Virus record (IMG/VR): IMGVR_UViG_3300011339_000567
DNA length: 20,000 nt
Reading direction: 5' to 3' (one strand)
Source of the DNA: an uncultured virus (IMG/VR IMGVR_UViG_3300011339_000567)
Lineage: Duplodnaviria > Heunggongvirae > Uroviricota > Caudoviricetes
Each line of letters begins with the position of its first letter. Within the stretch, counting starts at the first letter, position 1. Both the position numbers and the translations under genes were made by a program. Shown here one piece after another: positions 7,187 through 14,773 of the stretch. Under the pieces are notes generated by a model that did no database searches, had not been told where the DNA came from, and worked only from the letters and a program-made list of their open reading frames with translations.

Positions 7187-7320
7187 AAAAAAGCCTACAC
7201 CTGAAGACTGAGTTCTTGCCGCGCAAGTGGCCCTGCTTTGCCATTGGGTTTTTTAGCAGTGGTGACGAGTTCATAGTGCACCTGTACCTTGTGTGTTTCC
7301 GTATTCGATGGGGGTATTGA
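7183..7320 (+). CDS. Hypothetical protein, 45 aa (MKKSLHLK...)
   Basis: GGAG RBS and ATGA overlap; start moved from the track's 7078. Confidence 0.65.
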   Translation: MKKSLHLKTEFLPRKWPCFAIGFFSSGDEFIVHLYLVCFRIRWGY

Positions 7321-7321
7321 T

Positions 7322-7588
7322 ATGAAAAAAAGCTATATCACAGGAAGAAACCACGACTTCTACGATAAGGGCAAGGCAATGTTTGACCGGATACGGGTGC
7401 TGCCTGAGCATCAAGCCATTACCCAAGCCATTCCTCAGATTCCTCAAGAGCATTCCTCAAACCGGCAGTGGGTGGGCCTGACCGAGTGGGAGCGCGAGGC
7501 TATTGCGCTTGAGTGCGGGGCCATGTCTGCCGACTGGCTGGTGTTTATGGAGGCTGTGGAAAAGGCTTTGAGGGAGAAGAACGCATGA
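7322..7588 (+). CDS. Hypothetical protein, 88 aa, with WVGLT...ALREKNA tail
   Basis: ATG 7322; shares the C-terminal module with 8278, 9368 and 9568. Confidence 0.75.
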   Translation: MKKSYITGRNHDFYDKGKAMFDRIRVLPEHQAITQAIPQIPQEHSSNRQWVGLTEWEREAIALECGAMSADWLVFMEAVEKALREKNA

Positions 7589-7776
7589 CACAAGAAGACA
7601 TAGGAAGCTACACCTTTACAGAACAGTCCTCCAAGATTTTCTTGATGGCTGCGCCACCCACATCTGTTGGCGGCTACCGTGTGGGCGAAATTATCTTTAA
7701 CCTAAATAAGAAACCCCTCTGGATTCACCGCATGGGTGTGCGTCTGGTGCTGGGTTGGAAGTGGGAGGACGCATGA
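7585..7776 (+). CDS. Hypothetical protein, 63 aa (MTQEDIG...)
   Basis: GGAG RBS; ATGA overlaps. Confidence 0.7.
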   Translation: MTQEDIGSYTFTEQSSKIFLMAAPPTSVGGYRVGEIIFNLNKKPLWIHRMGVRLVLGWKWEDA

Positions 7777-7982
7777 AACAAGAAGACATCATCCGCATGG
7801 CGCGGGAGGCCGGGTTTGCCGATGGTGTGGCAGAAATCGTGGGGCTTGAGGGTTTTGCCCGCTTCGCCGCCCTTGTCGCCGCCGCAGAGCGTGAGGCGTG
7901 TGCGAAGGTGTGTGATGAGTTGCATCCCGGTTTGGCAACTAAACGGGCCGCTGAAATCATCAGAGCAAGGGGACAAGCATGA
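7773..7982 (+). CDS. Hypothetical phage protein, 69 aa (IIRMAREAG...FAALVAAAEREACAKVCD...IRARG)
   Basis: GGAGG RBS; recognisable small-phage-ORF motif. Confidence 0.8.
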   Translation: MKQEDIIRMAREAGFADGVAEIVGLEGFARFAALVAAAEREACAKVCDELHPGLATKRAAEIIRARGQA

Positions 7983-8281
7983 CCAAAGACGAAGCACTAA
8001 AACTGGCGCTGGAGGCGCTGGAACAATTGGACGGTATAGACACTGAAACAGAGTGCGTAACGATTGATGTTGGTGATGTTATGAACACCATCAAACAAGC
8101 CTTGGCACAGCCAGCACAGGCAACTAGCGGATGGAGTTTGCGTTATGTGTATTTTGATGAAAACGGAATACCACTGATGCACAGAGAGCCAGAGGAACGC
8201 AACTTCTGCCCAAGGTGCGGCAAGCGCACTGCTGACCCGACCACGATTCACACATGCACACCGCCACAGGAGAACACATGA
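7979..8281 (+). CDS. Hypothetical protein, 100 aa, with C-terminal CPRC...HTC zinc ribbon
   Basis: ATGA overlaps; EALKLALEALE N-terminus; FCPRCGKR...IHTC. Confidence 0.8.
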   Translation: MTKDEALKLALEALEQLDGIDTETECVTIDVGDVMNTIKQALAQPAQATSGWSLRYVYFDENGIPLMHREPEERNFCPRCGKRTADPTTIHTCTPPQENT

Positions 8282-8508
8282 CTGAAGAAGATGAAGAATT
8301 TCAGCGCCTTGAGCGCGAAGCCAAGATGCGAGCCTTGGAGGACGATGACATCCAAGACTACAAGAAGCCGTGGGTAAACCTGACGGACACACAGATACAA
8401 AACATCTACTACAAGATTGTGGATGAACACCGAGGCGCTCCGATGCCGTGGGGTCAAGTGCAGTTTGGCAGAGCATTGCAAGCCAAACTTAAGGAGAAGA
8501 ACACATGA
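8278..8508 (+). CDS. Hypothetical protein, 76 aa, with KKPWVNLT...AKLKEKNT tail
   Basis: AGGAG RBS; ATGA overlap. Confidence 0.78.
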   Translation: MTEEDEEFQRLEREAKMRALEDDDIQDYKKPWVNLTDTQIQNIYYKIVDEHRGAPMPWGQVQFGRALQAKLKEKNT

Positions 8509-8675
8509 TTTATTTTGAATACGATCAACCACATTACCTTGTGTGGCCTGCGCTTGCAGTTGGAATTGATGATGAGTTTTGGATTGGTATAGGCTGGCTG
8601 AATTTTGAAATTGGCTGGCGAAATGGTGATGGCGGCGGGGGCAATGAAGCCAAACTTAAGGAGAAGAACACATGA
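8480..8675 (+). repeat. Perfect 29-bp direct repeat AAGCCAAACTTAAGGAGAAGAACACATGA (8480-8508, 8647-8675)
   Basis: Direct comparison; 27/29 copies at 9543-9571 and 9746-9774. Confidence 0.92.
8505..8675 (+). CDS. Hypothetical protein, 56 aa (MIYFEYDQPH...EAKLKEKNT)
   Basis: Own translation; bounded by identical 29-bp repeats. Confidence 0.72.
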   Translation: MIYFEYDQPHYLVWPALAVGIDDEFWIGIGWLNFEIGWRNGDGGGGNEAKLKEKNT

Positions 8676-8830
8676 CCAAGTTTGGAGACGCACCGATAAA
8701 AATGGAAGGCGGCATTGCTGACCCTGATGAATTTACATGGGAGTGCAATTGCAAAGCATGCAAGGTCAAATATCAAAAGTGGAAAGCAGCGTTTGACGCT
8801 CAACAAAAACAACTCAAGGAGGAGTCATGA
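8672..8830 (+). CDS. Hypothetical protein, 52 aa, with CNCKAC motif
   Basis: Own translation MTKFGDAPIK...QLKEES; ATGA overlaps. Confidence 0.72.
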   Translation: MTKFGDAPIKMEGGIADPDEFTWECNCKACKVKYQKWKAAFDAQQKQLKEES

Positions 8831-9192
8831 TACGAGCACCGAACGGCAAACCCATACTCAACGAGCCGGACGCTGAAGGGTTGTACACCTGCCAGTACAC
8901 GGGGCTGAGAGTGTCGCGTGAAGAGGCCATCTTCTTGGGGGCATGCGTACCACAGGTCAACGGTACATACGTGTGCCACCCGACTGCACTGCCATTCTTT
9001 AAGAAGTCCAAGCGCAATTTTGACGAGAGCGAGGCCAACTGCAATACCTGCAAACATCTTGTTCGCGTAAAGCATGAGCCAAGAAAAGATGGCATGTTAC
9101 GGGGCGAGTGCCAAACGATGCCCAATTTGCTGTTCCACCCCGATGACTTTATGGGGATGAGTTGCTACGAACAAAGACCGGAGAAGACATGA
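8827..9192 (+). CDS. Cys-rich hypothetical protein, 121 aa
   Basis: AAGGAGG RBS; NCNTCKHL...C...C pattern. Confidence 0.8.
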   Translation: MIRAPNGKPILNEPDAEGLYTCQYTGLRVSREEAIFLGACVPQVNGTYVCHPTALPFFKKSKRNFDESEANCNTCKHLVRVKHEPRKDGMLRGECQTMPNLLFHPDDFMGMSCYEQRPEKT

Positions 9193-9371
9193 TTCACCCG
9201 TTTTTTGAACACATAGCAGCACTGCCTGAGAAAGAACGAGACTCATTTTGGCGCAGCATCATGGCAATGGTTGATGCAGGGGTTGAGACAAAAACGCCGC
9301 CCAAAGAAATGGCGGCGTATATGGGCGCTTATTTCAAAGAGGTTGGCCAACAACTCAAGGAGAAGACATGA
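9189..9371 (+). CDS. Hypothetical protein, 60 aa (MIHPFFEH...)
   Basis: GGAG RBS; ATGA overlaps. Confidence 0.72.
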   Translation: MIHPFFEHIAALPEKERDSFWRSIMAMVDAGVETKTPPKEMAAYMGAYFKEVGQQLKEKT

Positions 9372-9571
9372 GCAAACTGACAGGAGCCGCACTTGACCGA
9401 GCCGTAGCCAACGCGATGGGGCTTAAAAGCGTACACAACTGCGAGAAGTGGGTAGGGCTGACGGAAGATGAGATTGACAAAATATTTTTAGATGTAGCAG
9501 GCCCAAATAAAGGGACAAAACAGCGGTTTGCCCGTGCCATCGAAGCCAAACTCAGGGAGAAGAACACATGA
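9368..9571 (+). CDS. Chimeric-looking small protein: NinX-like N-terminus plus WVGLT...EAKLREKNT tail
   Basis: LTGAALDRAVA matches the 5296 gene; tail matches neighbouring genes. Confidence 0.78.
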   Translation: MSKLTGAALDRAVANAMGLKSVHNCEKWVGLTEDEIDKIFLDVAGPNKGTKQRFARAIEAKLREKNT

Positions 9572-9774
9572 GCACAGACATGACTAAGACATGGTTTGAT
9601 GGAAAGAACATCATCACGCAGGAAATACCCGAGACTGAAATCTACAAGAAGCCGTGGAAAAAGCTGACGGAGGAGGAGAGGGCAAGTTTTGAGGCGGCAC
9701 TTCCGAAGACTCAAGAAGAATGGGATGAGTTATTTAACGGCATAGAGGCCAAACTCAAGGAGAAGAACACATGA
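9568..9774 (+). CDS. Hypothetical protein, 68 aa, with KKPWKKLT...EAKLKEKNT tail
   Basis: RBS and ATGA overlaps. Confidence 0.78.
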   Translation: MSTDMTKTWFDGKNIITQEIPETEIYKKPWKKLTEEERASFEAALPKTQEEWDELFNGIEAKLKEKNT

Positions 9775-9968
9775 TCGACCCAAAGAAATTGCAGTGTTAC
9801 ACGATGGCCCACCGCCTGCGCGGTTACGCTGACGGTATTGTTGATAAAGACAGCCACAACTCGCTGACCCACATGCTCAGAAAGGCTGCGGAGATGTTGG
9901 AAGCCGTGTGGGCTGAGTACGAGCTAACGCTGCCTGAAGACAAACGAGTAGGGGGGCTGAACCAGTGA
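9771..9968 (+). CDS. Hypothetical protein, 65 aa
   Basis: AAGGAG RBS; ATGA overlap. Confidence 0.75.
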   Translation: MIDPKKLQCYTMAHRLRGYADGIVDKDSHNSLTHMLRKAAEMLEAVWAEYELTLPEDKRVGGLNQ

Positions 9969-10162
9969 AATGCCCAACCTGTAACGAGTGGACGACAGTC
10001 GAACAGACAAAGAACTTGGGCGGCTTTGTAGAGCGCAGACGCAGATGCGCTAACGACCACACATTCACAACCGAAGAGCGGGTAATCCCCGACAAGAAGC
10101 GCGGACGCCCAAAGAAAACCAAGGAGAAAGTAGATGACAATAGCCACCCTGTCCCGTTATGA
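9965..10162 (+). CDS. NrdR-N-terminal-like zinc ribbon protein with AT-hook-like KKRGRPKK
   Basis: MKCPTC...RRRRCANDHTFTTEE parallels the NrdR CxxC...RRRR.C..C..RFTTYE pattern; GTG start in a GTGA overlap. Confidence 0.75.
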   Translation: MKCPTCNEWTTVEQTKNLGGFVERRRRCANDHTFTTEERVIPDKKRGRPKKTKEKVDDNSHPVPL

Positions 10163-10460
10163 CCCCATCAAAGGATGTTTTGTTTTGAAAGATTTAAACC
10201 CCAAGCCCCCCGCCAATGCGTTCGAGTGGAAGCGCTATGTTGTAGAAGAAGCCAGCAGGCGCGGCGACAAGCCCGTCACACAGGACATGACTTACAAACG
10301 CAGCACAATGTCCACCAAGACTGTCGAAAGAGTGCGCGAGACTAACCCGAACTACGGCACCGTGCCGTTCACCACCAAGACAGAAGCCCTGATCGCGCTG
10401 AAGCCCAAGCAGTTCACCATTTACAGCAAAGCACAACGAGCTAAAGGAGTAGCCCAATGA
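10134..10460 (+). CDS. Hypothetical protein, 108 aa
   Basis: AAGGAG RBS before ATG. Confidence 0.72.
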   Translation: MTIATLSRYDPIKGCFVLKDLNPKPPANAFEWKRYVVEEASRRGDKPVTQDMTYKRSTMSTKTVERVRETNPNYGTVPFTTKTEALIALKPKQFTIYSKAQRAKGVAQ

Positions 10461-10672
10461 AAGCAGACGAAGTACAGGTCAGCGGCAGTCACTACAAGGA
10501 CATGCCCATCCAGCCTTGGGCGCTGATGGAAGCGGTGCTTACCCCAGAGGAGTTCCAAGGATTTCTCAAGGGCAACATCATTAAGTACGCCATGCGTGCT
10601 GGCCGTAAAGATGGCAGCGATGACGCAGGCAAGGCCAAGCACTACATGCAGAAACTCAAAGAGGTTATCTAA
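10457..10672 (+). CDS. DUF3310 (SaV-like) protein
   Basis: GSHY...IQPW...GFLKGNIIKY..RAGRK....D..KA.HY signature. Confidence 0.88.
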   Translation: MKADEVQVSGSHYKDMPIQPWALMEAVLTPEEFQGFLKGNIIKYAMRAGRKDGSDDAGKAKHYMQKLKEVI

Positions 10673-10965
10673 TGGCCCAAACCCCCGAAGGCAAAGTCAA
10701 AGCAGCAGTGCGTAAGCTGCTGGTTGAGTTCGGTGTCTACTACTTCTCACCTGCGGCCAATGGCTTCGGGCGTGCTGGGATACCGGACATCATCTGCTGC
10801 TTCGGGGGGCGCTTCATTGCCATCGAGTGCAAGGCAGGTAAGGGAGTCACCACTGCCCTGCAAGACAGGGAGCTAGCCGCCATCCGTACAGCAGGGGGCA
10901 TGACGATGGTGGTCAACGAAACAAACATACAGGAACTAAGGGAGAAGCTGCAATGGATGAGATGA
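10672..10965 (+). CDS. VRR-NUC domain nuclease (putative Holliday junction resolvase)
   Basis: E.KVK...GIPDII...GRFIAIECKA......LQ. Confidence 0.9.
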   Translation: MAQTPEGKVKAAVRKLLVEFGVYYFSPAANGFGRAGIPDIICCFGGRFIAIECKAGKGVTTALQDRELAAIRTAGGMTMVVNETNIQELREKLQWMR

Positions 10966-11231
10966 CACGAGAAGAAATTGACAAAGCAATCGGGGAGTTG
11001 GACGAGGCCGAGCGGGACTACCTCAAGCTCCTCATCAGCCGCATAGTGCGCTGCTTTGTAGACGACGACCACGAGGCGGTGCTGCTGTTCGGCAGGTACA
11101 ACACCAATCAGATCGCAATGTGTACCGTTAACTGTGACGAGATACCCGCTGCCAACATGATTAACTACGCACACAACCTGACGTCGTTCATGGCCACAGT
11201 AGGCGCACCACCCAAGGAGAAATTTAATTGA
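10962..11231 (+). CDS. Hypothetical protein, about 89 aa (MTREEIDK...)
   Basis: ATGA overlap with VRR-NUC; alternative start at 10953. Confidence 0.75.
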   Translation: MTREEIDKAIGELDEAERDYLKLLISRIVRCFVDDDHEAVLLFGRYNTNQIAMCTVNCDEIPAANMINYAHNLTSFMATVGAPPKEKFN

Positions 11232-13198
11232 GCGCCCCCTACGACCAGATAGTAAGCATTGACTTTGAGACAGTGTGGGACCGCAAGACCGGCTACTCAC
11301 TGTCCATGATGACAACCGAGGAGTACATACGCCATGAGAGATTCCACGCGTTCGGAGCTTGCGTCCATGTATACGGAAGCGACGAGCCAATTGAGTGGGT
11401 ACGAGGACGAGACCTATCTGAGTACCTTCAGCAGTACGACTGGGGACGAACCGCCATCCTTGCTCATAACGCACAGTTCGACGTATCCATCCTTGGATGG
11501 GAATACGACATCCACCCCTGTTTCATCTTCGATACCCTGTCAATGGCGCGAGCTTTGCGTGGCGTTGAGGTTGGCAACAGTCTCGCCCGACTTGCAGCAG
11601 CTTTTGGTCTTCCCGCCAAAGGGACAGCCGTATACAGTACCGATGGTCTGGCCGAGCTGGACGCGAACATGGAACATGAACTTGCAGAGTATTGCAAACA
11701 CGACGTATATCTATGCGAACAAATCTTCCAACGGCTATCACGAGGCTACCCAGCGAAGGAACTTAGGCTTATAGACATGACGCTCAAGATGTACACGAAC
11801 CCGGTGCTACAACTTGACAGTGCTATGTTGGTCGATGCACTACATGAAGAAAAGGAAAAACGTGAAGCACTACTACATCGGCTCGGCGTGGACGAGGCTG
11901 TACTGGCATCGAACCCTAAATTTGCAGAAGCACTGGAAGCGCTCGGCATACCGCCGCCGCGCAAAATCAGTAAGACAACCGGCAAGAGCACGCTTGCTCT
12001 CGCTAAGAATGACGCTATGTTCCAAGCCCTCCTCAACGGAGCCAATGAAGACGTGGCGCATCTATGCGAAGCGAGACTGGCGGTCAAATCAACTACTGAA
12101 CGTACGCGTGCTCAAAGATTTCTTGACATCAGCAAGCGCGGAGCGCTGCCGGTCCCGCTCAGCTATTACGGGGCCAGCACGGGTAGGTGGACGGCCAGCA
12201 AAGGCAGCGCCATCAATATGCAGAACCTCAAACGAGGCTCGTTCCTACGCAAAGCAATTATGGCTCCCGAGGGGCACCAGCTGGTCGTTGGGGACTTATC
12301 TCAGATTGAACCGCGAGTTCTTGCATGGCTTTCGGATTACGAAGGTATGCTCAACATCTTCAAGGGAGGTGGTGACCCTTACGCGGCCTTCGGGGCGCAG
12401 ATGTTCAATATCCCGGGCCTTACGAAAGAGTCTCATCCCGACCTTCGCCAGTCTGCGAAGTCAGCTTTACTTGGATGCGGGTACGGTCTCGGTTGGGCTT
12501 CGTTTGCCGCTCAGCTACTCGTCGGTTTCCTCGGTGCTCCACCCGTGCGCTACACCAAGGAGTTTGCCAAGACGCTGGGAGTGACTGCCAATACCGCTGA
12601 GAAGTTCTTAGACTGGGATGACAACGTAAAGAAGCTCGAAGAGATTCCGCACATCTGCACCATGACGGAGCTGGTCATCCACTGTCTCGCAGCCAAGGCC
12701 ATCATCGACAAGTACCGCCTGACTGCCGAGCCTGTGGTGGCGCTGTGGAACATGTTCGGGCACCTGATCCAGTACAGCCTGTACGAAGGCAAGGAGTACA
12801 CCCACAAGTGCGTGACCTTCAAGAAGGGCGAGATCGTGCTGCCTTCTGGCATGAGCCTGCTATATCCTGACCTGAAACCGGGGAAAGATGAAAAAGGCAG
12901 GTTGCAGTGGACATACGGCGCAGATGAGACTAAACTGTATGCAGGAAAAATAACCAACAATGTCACGCAGGGCGTAGCGAGATGCGTGATGACTGATGGG
13001 ATGCTGAGAACCGCGAAGAGGTACTTCGTGGCTGGAACCGTGCATGACGAGCAGATTGCTGTTGTGCCTGATGAGGACGTTGCTGACGCTAAGACATGGG
13101 TTTTGGCGCAGATGACTATGGAGCCGAAGTACATGCCGGGCATACCACTGGCCGCTGACGGAGGCGCACACAAGCGTTATGGCTTGGCTAAAAATTAA
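11228..13198 (+). CDS. polA: Phage family A DNA polymerase with 3'-5' exonuclease domain
   Basis: Exo motifs DFET, HNAQFD, YCKHD; polymerase motifs DLSQIEPR, RQSAKSALLGCGYG, TVHDE; TTG start after AAGGAG. Confidence 0.96.
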   Translation: MSAPYDQIVSIDFETVWDRKTGYSLSMMTTEEYIRHERFHAFGACVHVYGSDEPIEWVRGRDLSEYLQQYDWGRTAILAHNAQFDVSILGWEYDIHPCFIFDTLSMARALRGVEVGNSLARLAAAFGLPAKGTAVYSTDGLAELDANMEHELAEYCKHDVYLCEQIFQRLSRGYPAKELRLIDMTLKMYTNPVLQLDSAMLVDALHEEKEKREALLHRLGVDEAVLASNPKFAEALEALGIPPPRKISKTTGKSTLALAKNDAMFQALLNGANEDVAHLCEARLAVKSTTERTRAQRFLDISKRGALPVPLSYYGASTGRWTASKGSAINMQNLKRGSFLRKAIMAPEGHQLVVGDLSQIEPRVLAWLSDYEGMLNIFKGGGDPYAAFGAQMFNIPGLTKESHPDLRQSAKSALLGCGYGLGWASFAAQLLVGFLGAPPVRYTKEFAKTLGVTANTAEKFLDWDDNVKKLEEIPHICTMTELVIHCLAAKAIIDKYRLTAEPVVALWNMFGHLIQYSLYEGKEYTHKCVTFKKGEIVLPSGMSLLYPDLKPGKDEKGRLQWTYGADETKLYAGKITNNVTQGVARCVMTDGMLRTAKRYFVAGTVHDEQIAVVPDEDVADAKTWVLAQMTMEPKYMPGIPLAADGGAHKRYGLAKN

Positions 13199-13209
13199 AG
13201 GAGAAGTAA

Positions 13210-13527
13210 ATGGCAACAGTTAGAGCACCGATACCGCGCAAGGTGCGCGTGGGTAACAAGCAGTATTCAATCGAGATCGTGGAGGCCATGCTGGAGAAGC
13301 GAGTCATGGGACGCATCAGTTACACGGCGCAGACAATCAAGCTGGGCAGGCGCAGCAATGTGACGCAGAAAGTCTTTCCGCCCGAGCAAGTACAGGAGTC
13401 GTTCTGGCATGAAGTCACTCACGCCATCCTGCACGACATGGGGCGTGACACGCTGAACCGAGACGAGAAGTTTGTTACCGAGTTTGCACACCGGCTTACC
13501 AAGGCCATCAACTCAGCGAGATTTTGA
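13210..13527 (+). CDS. Small HExxH zincin-like metallopeptidase-fold protein
   Basis: SFWHEVTHAIL...DEKFV; AAGGAG RBS. Confidence 0.8.
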   Translation: MATVRAPIPRKVRVGNKQYSIEIVEAMLEKRVMGRISYTAQTIKLGRRSNVTQKVFPPEQVQESFWHEVTHAILHDMGRDTLNRDEKFVTEFAHRLTKAINSARF

Positions 13528-14196
13528 ATGACCAAGCCAGTAACGTGGAGCCACAGCTCCCTCAAGGACTACGAAGGCTGCGCCCGCCGCTACCACGAAG
13601 TCAAGATTCTCAAGAAGTACCCGTTCGTTGAGACTGAGGCAACGCGCTACGGAACGATACTGCACAAGGCCGCAGAAGAGTACGTGGCTGACGGCACGCC
13701 CATCCCCCCTGAGTTCGAGTACGTCAAGGACACGCTCGATGCGCTGCTCGCCAAGCCCGGGCGCAAGATAGCCGAGCTTCAGATGGCGCTGACTCAGGAC
13801 TTACGAGTGTGCGATTGGAAGTCCAAAGACGCATGGGCGCGGGGTATTGCCGACTTGCTCATCATCGACGACGAGAACATGACAGCGTGGGTCGTGGACT
13901 ACAAGACGGGCAACGACAAGTACCCAGACCGCGACCAGCTACGCCTCATGTCATTGATGGTGTTCAAGCACTTCCCGCACATACGCAAGGTTAACTCTGC
14001 GCTTTTGTTCGTGGTCAAGAACTCGATGGTCAAGCACAGCATGACGGTTGACGAAGCCGATGCTGAGTGGTGGCGCTATCGGGAGCGAGTCGCTAAGATT
14101 GAGGCGTCAGTAGCAAACAATGTGTGGAACCCCACACGAACCCCGCTCTGCGGCTGGTGCCCCTGCGCTGGCTGCGAGTTCAACACTAAGAGGTGA
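13528..14196 (+). CDS. PD-(D/E)XK exonuclease, Cas4/AddB-like
   Basis: WSHSSL...C; GT.LH; GIADL; VVDYKTG; QL..; C-terminal CGWCPCAGC. Confidence 0.9.
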   Translation: MTKPVTWSHSSLKDYEGCARRYHEVKILKKYPFVETEATRYGTILHKAAEEYVADGTPIPPEFEYVKDTLDALLAKPGRKIAELQMALTQDLRVCDWKSKDAWARGIADLLIIDDENMTAWVVDYKTGNDKYPDRDQLRLMSLMVFKHFPHIRKVNSALLFVVKNSMVKHSMTVDEADAEWWRYRERVAKIEASVANNVWNPTRTPLCGWCPCAGCEFNTKR

Positions 14197-14199
14197 AGC

Positions 14200-14511
14200 G
14201 TGAAAGATGCAGACTACGCCGCACTAAGAAGGACACTGGAAAAATACTCTGCGACACAGGGAGAGATTGAGTGTGAACATTGCGGCACGCAGGCTAAGAA
14301 GCTGTATTTAGTTAGCCCTCACAGGGACGAGGCGTTTGAACTTATTGTGGATGAGGGGTACGACATGGGCTTTGATCCTCAACAGGAAAAAGCCATTTTT
14401 TATGAAGTCACCCAAGCCGCAATTATTAAAAAAATGTTTGAGTTAGGAGACACCGCAACGCTTTGTAAAGGGTGCGGTTCAAGACTGTTGAAAATTTTTA
14501 GAAACCTTTAA
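14200..14511 (+). CDS. AT-rich hypothetical protein with two CxxC motifs
   Basis: GAGGT RBS, GTG start; CEHC and CKGC; fills the gap between two genes. Confidence 0.7.
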   Translation: MKDADYAALRRTLEKYSATQGEIECEHCGTQAKKLYLVSPHRDEAFELIVDEGYDMGFDPQQEKAIFYEVTQAAIIKKMFELGDTATLCKGCGSRLLKIFRNL

Positions 14512-14524
14512 CCGGAGCATTAGC

Positions 14525-14758
14525 ATGGCAACCAGAGACTACAAGAAAGAGTACAAGCGCGATTTAGAAACCGGCAAGTCCGGCCCTAGTTCAGACCAAC
14601 ACGAACGCCAGAAGGCACGGCGGGCGTACGACAAGAAGGGCGTAGACCGCGCAGGCAAGGACATCGACCACATCAAGCCCCTGCGCAAAGGTGGCAAGAC
14701 CGTACCGGGCAACACGCGACTACGCAGCAAGAGCGCCAATCAAGGCGACAACAAATAA
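14525..14758 (+). CDS. Minimal HNH-type endonuclease protein
   Basis: DIDHIKPLRKGG.....N.R.....AN motif. Confidence 0.8.
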   Translation: MATRDYKKEYKRDLETGKSGPSSDQHERQKARRAYDKKGVDRAGKDIDHIKPLRKGGKTVPGNTRLRSKSANQGDNK

Positions 14759-14773
14759 GAACATGGAGAAGCA

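Noticed and set aside
8480..9774. CRISPR array or integron attC sites from the 29-bp repeats
   Set aside because: The repeats are coding/RBS junctions with irregular gene-sized spacing, are not palindromic and lack attC R-box structure; no cas or intI gene in the window
13528..14196. CRISPR-associated cas4
   Set aside because: No other cas genes or array; solo Cas4-like nucleases are routine in phage replication modules
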